From: a virus
Taxonomy: Duplodnaviria > Caudoviricetes
Reading direction: 5' to 3' (one strand)
Length of the DNA stretch: 63,309 nt
IMG/VR virus record: IMGVR_UViG_3300036846_000911
Coordinates: 1 to 63,309 of that record
The position numbers and the translations under genes were made by a program. Below, piece after piece: positions 9,769 through 19,562 of the stretch (its first letter is position 1; every line of letters starts with the position of its first letter). Under the pieces are notes generated by a model, which was not told the DNA's origin, did no database searches, and saw only the letters and a program-made list of their open reading frames with translations.

Positions 9769-12700
9769 TCAGTAGCCGGCCTGCGCGAGACGCGCGATCT
9801 GGGCGGTCACCTTGTAGGCGACGTTGACCGGGTCGGCGTTGGGTGCCGAGACGGTGATCGGCGCGTGGATCACCGTGGAGTTGGTGGCGCCACCGTTCTG
9901 GACGTTGGCGGCGAGCATCGCGGTCAGCCCGGAGTCGCGGGCGAGCTGCATGACACGGGCCGGCCGGCTCATCGGCAGGACCAGTTCCGGGCCGGCTTCG
10001 CCGAACAGGCCGACGGTGGGTTGGGTGATCAGCGCGCCTGCGGCGTAGCCCTTTGGCGGCAGGTTCGGGTTGAACTGCTGCACGTTGAAGATCGAGCCGT
10101 AGATGGCGAGGATGTATTTGATGCCGGCGGCGATGTTGGCTACCGGGTCGTAGATGTTGTCGACCAGCGACCGCAGCCGGTACGCCTCAAAAGTGGGGCC
10201 GATCAACTGCATCAGGCCGATCGATGGGTGGCCGAGCTGGGCGTTGATGTCGGTGGTGTTGACGTTGAGCGGGTCGTAGCCGGATTCGCGGCCGATGCCG
10301 ACGAGGAGCCGGGGAATCCACGTGTCGGGGACGCCGGTGTAGGTGACGGCCTGGCGGACCCAGTCGTAGATGTTGCCCGGTGCCACTGGCATCGGGGTGA
10401 GGGTGAAGTCCGGCTCCGGTGCGGTGAGCGGCTTCCCGTCTTTGCCGAACAGGCCGGCGACCGGGCCGAGCACCGACTTCAACTTGTCGATGGCGAAACC
10501 CATGACGTGGGACGGGATTCCCTTGACGACATTGGCGAACTGGGAGTTGCCGAGTTTGCCCAGTGCGGAGTTGTTGATGACGTCTTCGAGCCAGCCGGAC
10601 GGGTCGGTGAGGAATTTGAGGATGTCCGCGCCGAAGCCCAACGCCTTGGCCCACGCGTCTTTCGCGGCGCTGCCGATGCCGCCGAGGAACCCGCCGACCA
10701 CGCCGCCGATGCTGAACCGTTGGATTGTGGCGCCGGAGTTGATCGCCTGAATCGTTGCGGCGCCACCGATGCGTGCCGTCGCCTGCTTGGTGAGGACGCC
10801 TTCGCCGGGGGTCAGCATCGCCAGTTGGCTGTCCTGGTTGCCGACGCCGGGGACGATGCCGCCGTACTTGAAACCCAGGGTGATGTCCGCCGGGAAGACG
10901 TCGCCGCCGGGGAATTTGCGGACCACGGTAGCGAAGCCGTGGTAGATCTTCTCCAGGACGCTGAACAGGGCGTTACCGGCATCAATAAAGGCGCTGGTGA
11001 TCGCGTTTCCGAGCCCTTTCAGGGCGCCGGGGATTCCGGTGATGAGACTGGCGAAGAACGTGATCACATCGTTGATCAGATTCTTCACGGTCTCTTTCGA
11101 ATCTTTCCACAGGCCCGTAAAGAATGCGCCGAGCAGTCCGGGGATGCTCTTGATCGCGGCCCACATTCGCGGCCACAAATCGATGAGGAACTGGACTGTT
11201 TCGTTGAGCCAGCGACGCACGGTGTCGACCGAGTCGTGCCACAGGTTGAACCAGAAATCGTGCATCTGCTGCGGGATACGCAGCAGTTCGGCGAAGATCC
11301 TGACGCCGAGGTCCCTGAACCAGACGATTAGGTCGACGATGCCCTGAATCGTCAGGTTGATCATTTCGGTGAACAGGTCACCGACCCATTTCGCGGCTGC
11401 CGGAATGAAGTCGGCGAGGATCTGGCCGAGTTTGCGGGGCAGCAGGTAGAACACGCCGACGATGAGGCCGATTTCGGCGCCCAGGGCGAACAGCATCGCG
11501 TTTCCGAGATCTTCCAGGCCCTTGACCGCCAGGCCGGGGAGGGCCTGGAGGGCGCTGAGCAGCGCGCTGCCGACGGCGGCGAACATGCTGCCCAGGAATC
11601 CTGGGATGGCTTCAACGAATCCGACGATCGCCGACCAGAGTCCGGTGAAGAATCCGGTCACCGCATCGAAGGCGGTGGTCAAGGCGCCGGGGATGGCGAG
11701 GACGAATTTGACGATCGCATCCCAGACGGATTTGAGGACGCCGGGTACGGCCTTGAAGAAGTCCATGACCGCGCCCCAGTGCTTCACCAGTTCGATGACG
11801 CCGACAACCAGGCCGGCGATAATGGCGATCAGGGCGGCGATGCCCAGGGCGACGACACCGATGGGGTTGGCGTCCATCGCGATGTCCAGGCCGATCATGT
11901 CGGCGGTCAGTTCGCCGAGCCCGACCACCATCGCCGGGATGGTCTCAGTGACAAAGGTTGCGAAAGCCACGCCCATGGCCTGAACCGACTTGACGGTGCC
12001 CTGCATGGCGAGGCCGACGCTGTCGAGCGCCTTGCCGATGCCCTTGAATCCGGCGCCAGTGAACTGATCAGCCATCGCCTGCAATGCGGGACCAATTCCC
12101 GCCGATTGCTTGAGGATGTCGCTGAATCCGCCGACGATGCCGGCGAATTTGACGCCGTCGGCGACAACGGAGAAGCCGATCAGGGCAAGCTTCGCACCCA
12201 GGAATGCCGCAGCGACGTCGATGACGATCTGCTTGTGCGCGTCGAGGTATTGCAGTAGTGGGGTGATCGCGTTGACGAAGTCGTTGACGAGCGGGGTGAG
12301 GGCAACCAGCGCGGCGGTGAGCCCCTGCGCCAGGGCGGCAATCAGCGGTGCCAGCAGCGGCAGCAGCGGCACGATGGCAAGGACGAGGTTGGCGAATGCG
12401 GTGGCGAGCAGCGGCAGCTGCGGGGCGATGGTGGTGATGACACTGGAGAGTGCGGTGAATAGCGGAACGATCGCCGGGCCGAGGTTGGCCAGCGCCTGAC
12501 CCAGTGCGGTGACCAGTGCCGCGAGGCCGGGCGCGAGTGCGACAACGGCCTTGGCGATCAGCGGCACGATGCCGGCCAGGGCGGTGCCCAACGCGTTGAA
12601 GATGGGCATCAGTGCGGCGCTGACGCCGGCCAGGGCGTCGAAGAAGTCGCGTAGCGCCTTGCCTCCGGCGGCGCTGGCGAAGAATTTGCCGATACCGCCG

Positions 12701-14247
12701 GTGATCAGTTCGACGGTGGACAGGAAACTCAGCGCGGTCTGGCCGGAGTTTTTGAACGCCGACTCCAGCAAGCTGGCGACGTTCTCAACGATCTTGCCGA
12801 GTTCGCGGAGTACCTGGAGTGCCGTCTGAATCCAGGCGGTGGCCTTGCCGGAGGCAGAGATTTTCTGTACCCACAGGCCGAATTTGCGGACCAGGTTGTC
12901 GAAGCCGAGCGCCAGGCCGTCAACGATCGGCTTCGCTTTCGTGTTGAGGTCGGCGAATCCGACAAGCACCTGGGTAAAGGCGTTGCCGAATCCGGACAGG
13001 GCCAGGTGGGCGGTGTTGAACCACTGCTGGAGCAGGGTCACACCCTTGCTGGAGGCGAGGAACAGTCCGAACTTGTCGGTCATCGAACCGATGTCGGTGC
13101 CGAGGGTTTTGAAGCCGGTGCGCAGCGGGCCGGTGATGGCCTTGGTGAGGGCGGCGACATTGCCGAGAACCTGGGAGGCGAAGGCGTCCTGGGCGGCCTG
13201 CTGCACGGAACGGAACTGCGGCATGAGGTTGCGCAGTTCGGTGGCGAGCTTCTTGGCGTTGGTCCCCATGTTGGCGGTCGCTTTCGCGAACGCCTTGTCG
13301 TCGATGGCGGTTGCGGCCTTGGCGAAGCCGGCGAACGCGAACTTGGCGGCGATGAAGGTGAGTGCGAGCGGGCCGAGTGCCGCCGGCAACGCCAGGAAAA
13401 TCCCGGTGAGACTGACCGCCGCCGCGCCGAGGGAGAGCAGCTGCGGAGTGAGTAGTGCGGCCCCGCCCGCGACTGCGGCGAAGCTGAGGCCGGCCAACGA
13501 TCCAGCACCGGCAAGCGCGCCGAGACCTTTCGTCAGGGGAAGCAGAACGGTGCCGAGTCCTTTGCCAAGGGAGAGCAGTCGCTTGCCGAATGAGGATTCC
13601 AGGGCCTTGCCGGCGTCTTCACCGACCTTGCCCATCGCTTCTTCGACGGTCTTCGATGACTTGAGGATGCTCGCGGCGGTGGCGATGGTGATGCGCTTGC
13701 CGGCGTTGTCAGCGGCCCGGACCAGCTTTTCCGATGCGATCAGGAAGCTGGGGTCCTGTTGGTTGGAGCCGGTGCGCAGTTCGCGGTAGAAGCGTTCGAC
13801 GACGGTTTTGGATTCCCGCGCGATGTCGGCTTCCAGCTTGCCGAAGTCGACGGAGATGCCGGTGCGCTTGCTTTCGTCGGCGGCGGCCTTACTCAGCGTC
13901 CGGGCGACGTCTTCGCCCAGGGTGATGGCCTTCTTGAGGGTGGCAGTGTCGTCGAAGACGTCGGGGATGACCTTCTTCGACTTCTTGACGCCCTTACCGA
14001 CACTGTCCCCGGCGCTTTTGCCGAGGTCTTCGCCGGCCTTCTCAATCTCGGGGGCGGACTTTTTGAGACCGTCGGAAATGCCGCTGCCAAGGTCGTGACC
14101 GATTTCGGGGCCGGTCTTCGTCGCCGTCTTCTTGCCGGCGGCGGTCAGGACGTCGTCGAGCGGCTGTTCGACCTCGTGGCGCAGGCTGGCGGGGAAACCG
14201 CTGCCATCGGCGACGATTTCGATGTAGGCCCGACCGAGTGTGGTCAC
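9769..14247 (-). CDS. Tape measure protein with C-terminal lytic transglycosylase (SLT) domain
   Basis: 1492 aa Ala/Gly/Leu-rich, ANPIG repeat region; RESGYDP..N..DIN...GHPSIGLMQ..TF and DPVANIAAGIKY SLT motifs; GEAGPE tail. Confidence 0.95.
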   Translation of the reverse strand: MTTLGRAYIEIVADGSGFPASLRHEVEQPLDDVLTAAGKKTATKTGPEIGHDLGSGISDGLKKSAPEIEKAGEDLGKSAGDSVGKGVKKSKKVIPDVFDDTATLKKAITLGEDVARTLSKAAADESKRTGISVDFGKLEADIARESKTVVERFYRELRTGSNQQDPSFLIASEKLVRAADNAGKRITIATAASILKSSKTVEEAMGKVGEDAGKALESSFGKRLLSLGKGLGTVLLPLTKGLGALAGAGSLAGLSFAAVAGGAALLTPQLLSLGAAAVSLTGIFLALPAALGPLALTFIAAKFAFAGFAKAATAIDDKAFAKATANMGTNAKKLATELRNLMPQFRSVQQAAQDAFASQVLGNVAALTKAITGPLRTGFKTLGTDIGSMTDKFGLFLASSKGVTLLQQWFNTAHLALSGFGNAFTQVLVGFADLNTKAKPIVDGLALGFDNLVRKFGLWVQKISASGKATAWIQTALQVLRELGKIVENVASLLESAFKNSGQTALSFLSTVELITGGIGKFFASAAGGKALRDFFDALAGVSAALMPIFNALGTALAGIVPLIAKAVVALAPGLAALVTALGQALANLGPAIVPLFTALSSVITTIAPQLPLLATAFANLVLAIVPLLPLLAPLIAALAQGLTAALVALTPLVNDFVNAITPLLQYLDAHKQIVIDVAAAFLGAKLALIGFSVVADGVKFAGIVGGFSDILKQSAGIGPALQAMADQFTGAGFKGIGKALDSVGLAMQGTVKSVQAMGVAFATFVTETIPAMVVGLGELTADMIGLDIAMDANPIGVVALGIAALIAIIAGLVVGVIELVKHWGAVMDFFKAVPGVLKSVWDAIVKFVLAIPGALTTAFDAVTGFFTGLWSAIVGFVEAIPGFLGSMFAAVGSALLSALQALPGLAVKGLEDLGNAMLFALGAEIGLIVGVFYLLPRKLGQILADFIPAAAKWVGDLFTEMINLTIQGIVDLIVWFRDLGVRIFAELLRIPQQMHDFWFNLWHDSVDTVRRWLNETVQFLIDLWPRMWAAIKSIPGLLGAFFTGLWKDSKETVKNLINDVITFFASLITGIPGALKGLGNAITSAFIDAGNALFSVLEKIYHGFATVVRKFPGGDVFPADITLGFKYGGIVPGVGNQDSQLAMLTPGEGVLTKQATARIGGAATIQAINSGATIQRFSIGGVVGGFLGGIGSAAKDAWAKALGFGADILKFLTDPSGWLEDVINNSALGKLGNSQFANVVKGIPSHVMGFAIDKLKSVLGPVAGLFGKDGKPLTAPEPDFTLTPMPVAPGNIYDWVRQAVTYTGVPDTWIPRLLVGIGRESGYDPLNVNTTDINAQLGHPSIGLMQLIGPTFEAYRLRSLVDNIYDPVANIAAGIKYILAIYGSIFNVQQFNPNLPPKGYAAGALITQPTVGLFGEAGPELVLPMSRPARVMQLARDSGLTAMLAANVQNGGATNSTVIHAPITVSAPNADPVNVAYKVTAQIARLAQAGY

Positions 14248-14297
14248 AGCGTCGATCGTACGGATTGTCAGGGGGGAGAAAGTACAAAAAGGAGGGT

Positions 14298-14627
14298 CTA
14301 CTTCGCGGCGCCGAGCCGCGATCCGGAGTTACCCATCGCGGCGGTGAACGACTCGAATGATTCGAACGTTTCCTCGTCACTCCACCCTGGAGCGTGCTCG
14401 GTCGCGCCGATCGCGTCGGGTTCGTACAGCTTGGCGTCGAAGCCCTGCACCGACTCCGTGGTCGCACCGTCGGTCATCCAGGAGTAGATGACCGACAGCA
14501 GTTCCGGCAGCGGCAGGCTCAGCGGTGATTTGCCGACCCGCCGGAGGTAATCGCCTTCGAAGGCCGGCCAACGGTCGACCGCCGAGGCGAGGAGCCGTTG
14601 GCAGACGTAGGGGGGCGGCCACTCCAC
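14298..14627 (-). CDS. Tail assembly chaperone, frameshifted (GT-like) C-terminal part
   Basis: Overlaps upstream chaperone in the -1 frame directly before the tape measure. Confidence 0.7.
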   Translation of the reverse strand: MEWPPPYVCQRLLASAVDRWPAFEGDYLRRVGKSPLSLPLPELLSVIYSWMTDGATTESVQGFDAKLYEPDAIGATEHAPGWSDEETFESFESFTAAMGNSGSRLGAAK

Positions 14628-14932
14628 GTTTCCATCGCCCAGGTCATGATTTCCATGATGGCGTCCAGGTCGAGGTCGTCGTTGGGGTCCAGCAGGCGGG
14701 CGCGCAGGATCTCGTCCCCCGGTGACACCAGAGCGCTTTCCAGGAAGTCGAGGATCGCCGCGACCCGGTCGCTGGAGCTGCGGCTGGCAGCGGAAGACGC
14801 GAACAGGAAGGCCAGCTGTGACTCTTTCGGTGCGCGCAGGGTGTACTCAACACCGTCCAATGTGAACGGTAGGTCTTCCAGAACCGGCCGGTCGCCGCTG
14901 CGCACACGGGCCGAGGAGCTGAACTCTTTCAC
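14519..14932 (-). CDS. Tail assembly chaperone (G-like)
   Basis: FTLDGVEY, LLDPNDDLDL...WSGRPPT; position upstream of TMP. Confidence 0.8.
   Translation of the reverse strand: MKEFSSSARVRSGDRPVLEDLPFTLDGVEYTLRAPKESQLAFLFASSAASRSSSDRVAAILDFLESALVSPGDEILRARLLDPNDDLDLDAIMEIMTWAMETWSGRPPTSANGSSPRRSTVGRPSKAITSGGSANHR
14609..14615 (-). other. Putative -1 programmed frameshift heptamer C CCC CCT
   Basis: Minus strand GGC CGC CCC CCT ACG (GRPPT) joins the -1 frame CCG CCC CCC TAC (PPPY). Confidence 0.55.
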
Positions 14933-14993
14933 GCCGAATCTCCCTCTGTCGCTCGCGCAGATCCTAAGCCGAAATCAGGGGGGGGGGATTGTT

Positions 14994-15401
14994 CTACCCG
15001 GCGGTTTTGGTGACGACGAATCCGACGCGTCGCCCGATCCGTTCCAGCGGGTCGAGCAGGTACGGCTGCCCCGCCGTCGCCGGGTGCTGCACGCTGGCCG
15101 CGAATCCGAACGCCCCGAGATACAGGACGTGGCCGGGTCGGGCGTGTTCCTCGTGGGCGCGGGTGCCTTCGTGGACGAACAGCGCGTACGCCTCGTCGCT
15201 GCCGACCTCGGCGCTGACGCGCATCCCCGAGACGGTGGGTGCGGTGGCGTGGATGGAGGCGGCCAGCGCCCCGGTGTCTTTGGGCGCCAACAGTTTCGCG
15301 GCGACAGCGACCTCGTCCGCCGTTTCGGTGACGAGTTTCGTGGCATGTTCGGCGATGAACGCCTGAATGACGCCCTCGTAGAGGACCAGCCGCACAGCCA
15401 T
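14994..15401 (-). CDS. HK97 gp10-like neck/tail-completion protein
   Basis: APKDTGALAASI, YALFVHEGT, HPATAGQPYL motifs. Confidence 0.8.
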   Translation of the reverse strand: MAVRLVLYEGVIQAFIAEHATKLVTETADEVAVAAKLLAPKDTGALAASIHATAPTVSGMRVSAEVGSDEAYALFVHEGTRAHEEHARPGHVLYLGAFGFAASVQHPATAGQPYLLDPLERIGRRVGFVVTKTAG

Positions 15402-15420
15402 CAGGCGCCCACCGCCGAGG

Positions 15421-16341
15421 TCACGGCCCGCAGGGGCAGGCGCACGGGTCGATGTTCACGCGTACGCCGTAGACGCCACCGCAGTCGATGGTCATGGCGT
15501 AGGGCTGCTCGGCGACCGCGAGGGTGGTGTTGTGGGCGGTGTCCTGGGTGTAGGGCACCGTCAGGCCGCCCCGGTACACGTCGACCTGCGGCGTGATGTA
15601 CATCCAGAACGTACAGTCGGTGGCCTGCTCGGAGGGGCCGTCGCCGGTGTATCCGCCGCCGAGCGCGAACCGGGTACCCAACCGGGTTTGCAGCGGGTAG
15701 CCGGCTGCCATGTCGAACTGCTGCTGCTGCGCCAGGTAGGCCGCCGCCCAGGCGGGGGCGTGGATGATGCCCTGACCGTCGTAGCAGGACGCCATCTGCC
15801 CTTCCAGGGCGGCGACGGCGGAGACGATTCCGCATTCGCAGGCGGCCGGCGTGATGTCGTCGGCGATGGTGGGCAGGATCGTGGAGAAGACGTTCTCCAC
15901 CGCGCGCCACGCCCCGGCGGCGAGGATGGTGCGGGCACGATCCTCCATCAGCGTCGGGTCTTCCAGCGGGTTAATGCAGGCCGGTGCCCACAGCGTGAAC
16001 GGCGCCCCGTAGGAGACCTGCTGGGAGCAGGTGCAGGAGATGGTGGCGGCGAAGATGGCGTCGGTCAACGCCACCGTCGCGTCCATGCCCGGCGTGGAGC
16101 CGGAGGTGGTGCTGCACGACGCGACGGTGATCGTCGGCGCCGCGTTCGCACTGCACGGCGCCGGCCACGCGCCGACCACCCGGTTGCAGGTGTCGGAGAG
16201 GTACATGACTCCAGCGGCCCCGAGACGGTTCAGGTCGTGAACCGCCTCGGGGCCGATCGCGTCGAGCAGCCCACCCCGTAGGGGCCGCCGCGTCGGTGCG
16301 GCGACCTCAACGTATGGGGCGGTGAGCGTCGGTAGGGCCAT
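15421..16341 (-). CDS. Probable major capsid pentamer protein (Rosebush gp16-like)
   Basis: Directly downstream of a cluster-B-like major capsid gene; TRLGTRFALGGGY and NTTLAVAEQPY motifs. Confidence 0.55.
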   Translation of the reverse strand: MALPTLTAPYVEVAAPTRRPLRGGLLDAIGPEAVHDLNRLGAAGVMYLSDTCNRVVGAWPAPCSANAAPTITVASCSTTSGSTPGMDATVALTDAIFAATISCTCSQQVSYGAPFTLWAPACINPLEDPTLMEDRARTILAAGAWRAVENVFSTILPTIADDITPAACECGIVSAVAALEGQMASCYDGQGIIHAPAWAAAYLAQQQQFDMAAGYPLQTRLGTRFALGGGYTGDGPSEQATDCTFWMYITPQVDVYRGGLTVPYTQDTAHNTTLAVAEQPYAMTIDCGGVYGVRVNIDPCACPCGP

Positions 16342-16389
16342 TGCGTGTCCTCACCTCGTGGGTGATCAGGGCGGCGAGGCGGGATGGGG

Positions 16390-18339
16390 TTACGGCGCGA
16401 TCCCGGTCACCCAGGCGGTGCCGTCCCAGTGAGTGTTGCTGGAGTTGCCGGTGGTGACGTACTGCCCGGTCGTCCAGGCGGTTGCCGGGGAGGCGGTGAC
16501 GCTGGACATGCCGGCCAGGTTGGCGGGCGGAGTCGAACCAGACGGCGTGAATGTGCCCGGCGTGCCGGCGTTCGCCCCGGTCGCTGCGACCGCCGGCGTG
16601 GTGCAGGTGTAGGCGACTGGTGCCGCGACAGCGCCGGACGGGCACAGACCCATCGTGTAGATGTAGGACGGGTAGCAGCGCTTGATGAACAGCGAGCATT
16701 CCTCGCTGAACAGGCGCATGTACTCGTTCTGCTCCAGCAGGGTCGAGTCGTAGACCGCGTCGAGGCGGATGATGTTGCGGGTGCCGTAGGCGAAGGTGCC
16801 CGGCGCGTAGATGACGAACTGGAGCTGTTCGGGCCACGACAGCGCTGGGGTGACCCCGCCGAGGCCGCCGGCCAGGCCACCGAAGGCGTCCTGCCAGTTG
16901 TTGATCCACTGGACGCGGATGTTGGACGCCGCGAGCTGGGCGGTGATCCCAGCCTTGGTCGGCGCGACCGGGGTCGAGGCGCAGCCACGGCGCATCGCGT
17001 CGGCGTTGGCGACGTCCGGCAGCCAGGATGGCAGCAGGACTTCCAGCTCCAGGCTCGCCGAGGCGAGCTGGCGGCGCCGGTAGTCCACGGCGGCCAGGGT
17101 GATCATGGAGATGACCCCGGACATGGTGTTGTCGTCGGCGATGTCGGAGGCGCTGCCAACGGCGACCGGGGTGGAGCCGGCGATGACACCGGCGAGCTTC
17201 TGCTGGGCGAGCTTGAGTTGGTGCAGCGCGAGCACGTCCTGCAACAGCCGGTCGTAATACTCCGGCCAGGACGAGTCGTTGATGATGTCGCCCTTGATGC
17301 AGATGCCGTCGCAGACCATCTTCGCCGTCTGCCACGTGGTGCAGGGCATCGTGTAGCACGTCTTTGGCGTGCCGGCGATGGAGTCGTCCTCGGTGTAGTG
17401 GAAGCCGATGTTGGCGTAGTCCGGGATCAGGTCGGGCACCACCGGGAACGTGACGGCGGTGCGGGTGAAACCGAACGAGGGCAGGTCGATGGTTCCGTCG
17501 ACGGAGATCAGCGACGGGCACAGGTCCCACATCTGCACCGGCGGCGGGCACCAGGCCCCGGCGGCGATCAGCGACTTGCCCTTGAGCTTGCCGGGGTCGC
17601 AGACGGTGTCGATGACCTCGGTGTCGTTGCGGCCGTCGGCGACCAGGCCCAGCGCCGGGTAGGCGAGCTGAGCGACGCCCTGGCGCAGGAACATCTTCGA
17701 CCGGGACGTCATCGGGATCTTCGCCTGGTCGGGGAAGCCGGACAGGCGTACCCGCAGCGCCTCGCCGACCTCGCGGAGGTCCTTGAAGCGGTGCCCGTTG
17801 GCGTAGCCGGGCATGTCGGCGGCGGCGGTGATGACGACGCGGCCGGCGTTGGAGAGGTCCGGCTTGGTGCCGCGCGAGGCGGCGGCGCGGGTCAGCGAGA
17901 CGTTGGGGCGTACCGCGACGGTGCCGGCGTTGGTGGTGGTGGCGGCGGCGACGGGCTCCAGCACGGCGGTGCGGGGCGCGTCGACCGGCTCGGTCTCCAC
18001 CACCGGGTTGTCCTGCTCGTCGTCGGGCTCATCCTGCTCGCCATCCTGCTCACCGTCTTCGTTGGCAGGATCGGCGGCGGCTTCCTCGCCGGGGACGTGC
18101 ACGGCGTCGACCATCGCCTGCAACTCGGCGGCGGAGGCTTCCTCAGCGGCGGTCAACGCCACCTGGGCGTCGCGGGTGGTGGTGATGAATGTCGCGAGGG
18201 CGCGCAGGTTCGCCATGCCGTCCGCGTCGAGCTTTGGATCGTCGCGCTGCTCATCGAATGCGGCGATGGCGGCGGATTCCAGCTCGACGAGCTTGTCGCG
18301 GCTGAGGCCGTCAATGGTCTGCGGGATCTTGAACTTCAC
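16390..18339 (-). CDS. Major capsid (hexamer) protein with N-terminal scaffold region and C-terminal surface domain
   Basis: Cluster-B-like: LIAAGAWCPP, IDLPSF, KTCYTMPC, DAVYDSTLLEQNEY.RLFSEE; C-terminal AGTPGTFTP...PATAWTTGQYV...WDGTAW domain. Confidence 0.85.
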   Translation of the reverse strand: MKFKIPQTIDGLSRDKLVELESAAIAAFDEQRDDPKLDADGMANLRALATFITTTRDAQVALTAAEEASAAELQAMVDAVHVPGEEAAADPANEDGEQDGEQDEPDDEQDNPVVETEPVDAPRTAVLEPVAAATTTNAGTVAVRPNVSLTRAAASRGTKPDLSNAGRVVITAAADMPGYANGHRFKDLREVGEALRVRLSGFPDQAKIPMTSRSKMFLRQGVAQLAYPALGLVADGRNDTEVIDTVCDPGKLKGKSLIAAGAWCPPPVQMWDLCPSLISVDGTIDLPSFGFTRTAVTFPVVPDLIPDYANIGFHYTEDDSIAGTPKTCYTMPCTTWQTAKMVCDGICIKGDIINDSSWPEYYDRLLQDVLALHQLKLAQQKLAGVIAGSTPVAVGSASDIADDNTMSGVISMITLAAVDYRRRQLASASLELEVLLPSWLPDVANADAMRRGCASTPVAPTKAGITAQLAASNIRVQWINNWQDAFGGLAGGLGGVTPALSWPEQLQFVIYAPGTFAYGTRNIIRLDAVYDSTLLEQNEYMRLFSEECSLFIKRCYPSYIYTMGLCPSGAVAAPVAYTCTTPAVAATGANAGTPGTFTPSGSTPPANLAGMSSVTASPATAWTTGQYVTTGNSSNTHWDGTAWVTGIAP

Positions 18340-18530
18340 GGGGGGCTCCGGTGGAAACGAAGTGGTGCTCGTTTCGACCGGCCCGCAGCCAGCGTCGAGT
18401 TCGATTGAGAGCTTAACTCAATCGGGGGGGAGAAAGTCCTATCGGATGCTGTTACTGCGGTAATCTGGCCGTGCTACTGCTGCTGGCTGCGGGCCGGGCT
18501 TGACGGACTTCCCTTTGGCGGAGGATTCCA

Positions 18531-19490
18531 ATGCCCACCGAGTGCACCGCACTACTTCGCGGCAAGGTCGCCCGGATCACCAAGGTCGACGGCTGTGGCA
18601 ACCCGATCCACTGCGATGCGCCGCAGAACACGGTGCCGCAGTATGTGGTTTCCGACGGCATCATCTCCATTCAGATCCAGCCGGAAATCGACGCTGGCAC
18701 CGACATCACGCAGACGAACTGGAACGGCGATACGTGTGTCGACGTGCCGGCCTGCCCGAAGATTCGGTGGATCAACCTGACCGTGTCGATGTGCAAGATG
18801 GACCCGGACCTGTTCTCCATGTGGACGGGCGTGTCGGTGGTGAAGGATGCGGCCGGCAACGCGACCGGCTTCCGGGTGCGTAAGTCGGTCTCCTGCGACG
18901 AGGGTGTCGCCCTGGAGATCTGGACCGGGTCGGCGGGCAGTGGCACCTGCCTGGCGGGTGGGCAGAAGCCCCGCTACGGCTACATCGTCATCCCGTGGGT
19001 GGTCAATGGCATCCTCGGCGACTACACCATCGAAAACGGCGCGGTCACCTTCCAGGTCACCGCGAAGGGCATCGACGGCGGCGGCTGGGGTGTCGGCCCC
19101 TACGACGTGTACGACGACGGTGCGGGCGGCGGTTTGAAGTTGGCGACCCCGTTCGGCGTCGGCGACCTAGAGCACATCGACACGACGACGATGCCGCCGC
19201 CGGTCGCCGGTTGCGGCGCGAACTGCACGATCACCCCGGTCCCGCCGACCGTGACGGTGGCTGCGGCCCCGAGTGACGTCTCCGGCCAGACGGTGCTGTT
19301 GACCTACGACAACGCCAACTCCGGCCCGGTCTACATCGACTGGGGTGACGCCTCGCAGGTGGTGGCGACGCCGACCGGCGCGGGCACGGTGCAGCACCCG
19401 TACGTCGGTGCCGGGCCGTTCACCATCACCGTCACCGACACCAACAACGTGGACGCGACAACGACGAAGGTCTTCACCCCTGGCCCGTAG
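18531..19490 (+). CDS. Major tail protein with C-terminal PKD/Ig-like domain
   Basis: RITKVDGCGNP, ALEIWT, YGYIVIPWV, WGVGPYDV of cluster-B-like tail tube proteins; IDWGD...HPY..GPFTITVT PKD motif. Confidence 0.85.
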   Translation: MPTECTALLRGKVARITKVDGCGNPIHCDAPQNTVPQYVVSDGIISIQIQPEIDAGTDITQTNWNGDTCVDVPACPKIRWINLTVSMCKMDPDLFSMWTGVSVVKDAAGNATGFRVRKSVSCDEGVALEIWTGSAGSGTCLAGGQKPRYGYIVIPWVVNGILGDYTIENGAVTFQVTAKGIDGGGWGVGPYDVYDDGAGGGLKLATPFGVGDLEHIDTTTMPPPVAGCGANCTITPVPPTVTVAAAPSDVSGQTVLLTYDNANSGPVYIDWGDASQVVATPTGAGTVQHPYVGAGPFTITVTDTNNVDATTTKVFTPGP

Positions 19491-19503
19491 TCGGCTTCCG
19501 GAC

Positions 19504-19538
19504 GTGCCGGCGGACACCCCCCGTGTGTCCGCCGGCAC
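19504..19538 (+). terminator. Hairpin after major tail gene
   Basis: GTGCCGGCGGACAC / GTGTCCGCCGGCAC inverted repeat. Confidence 0.5.
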
Positions 19539-19562
19539 CCAACCACGGCAGGGAGGTAGAGG

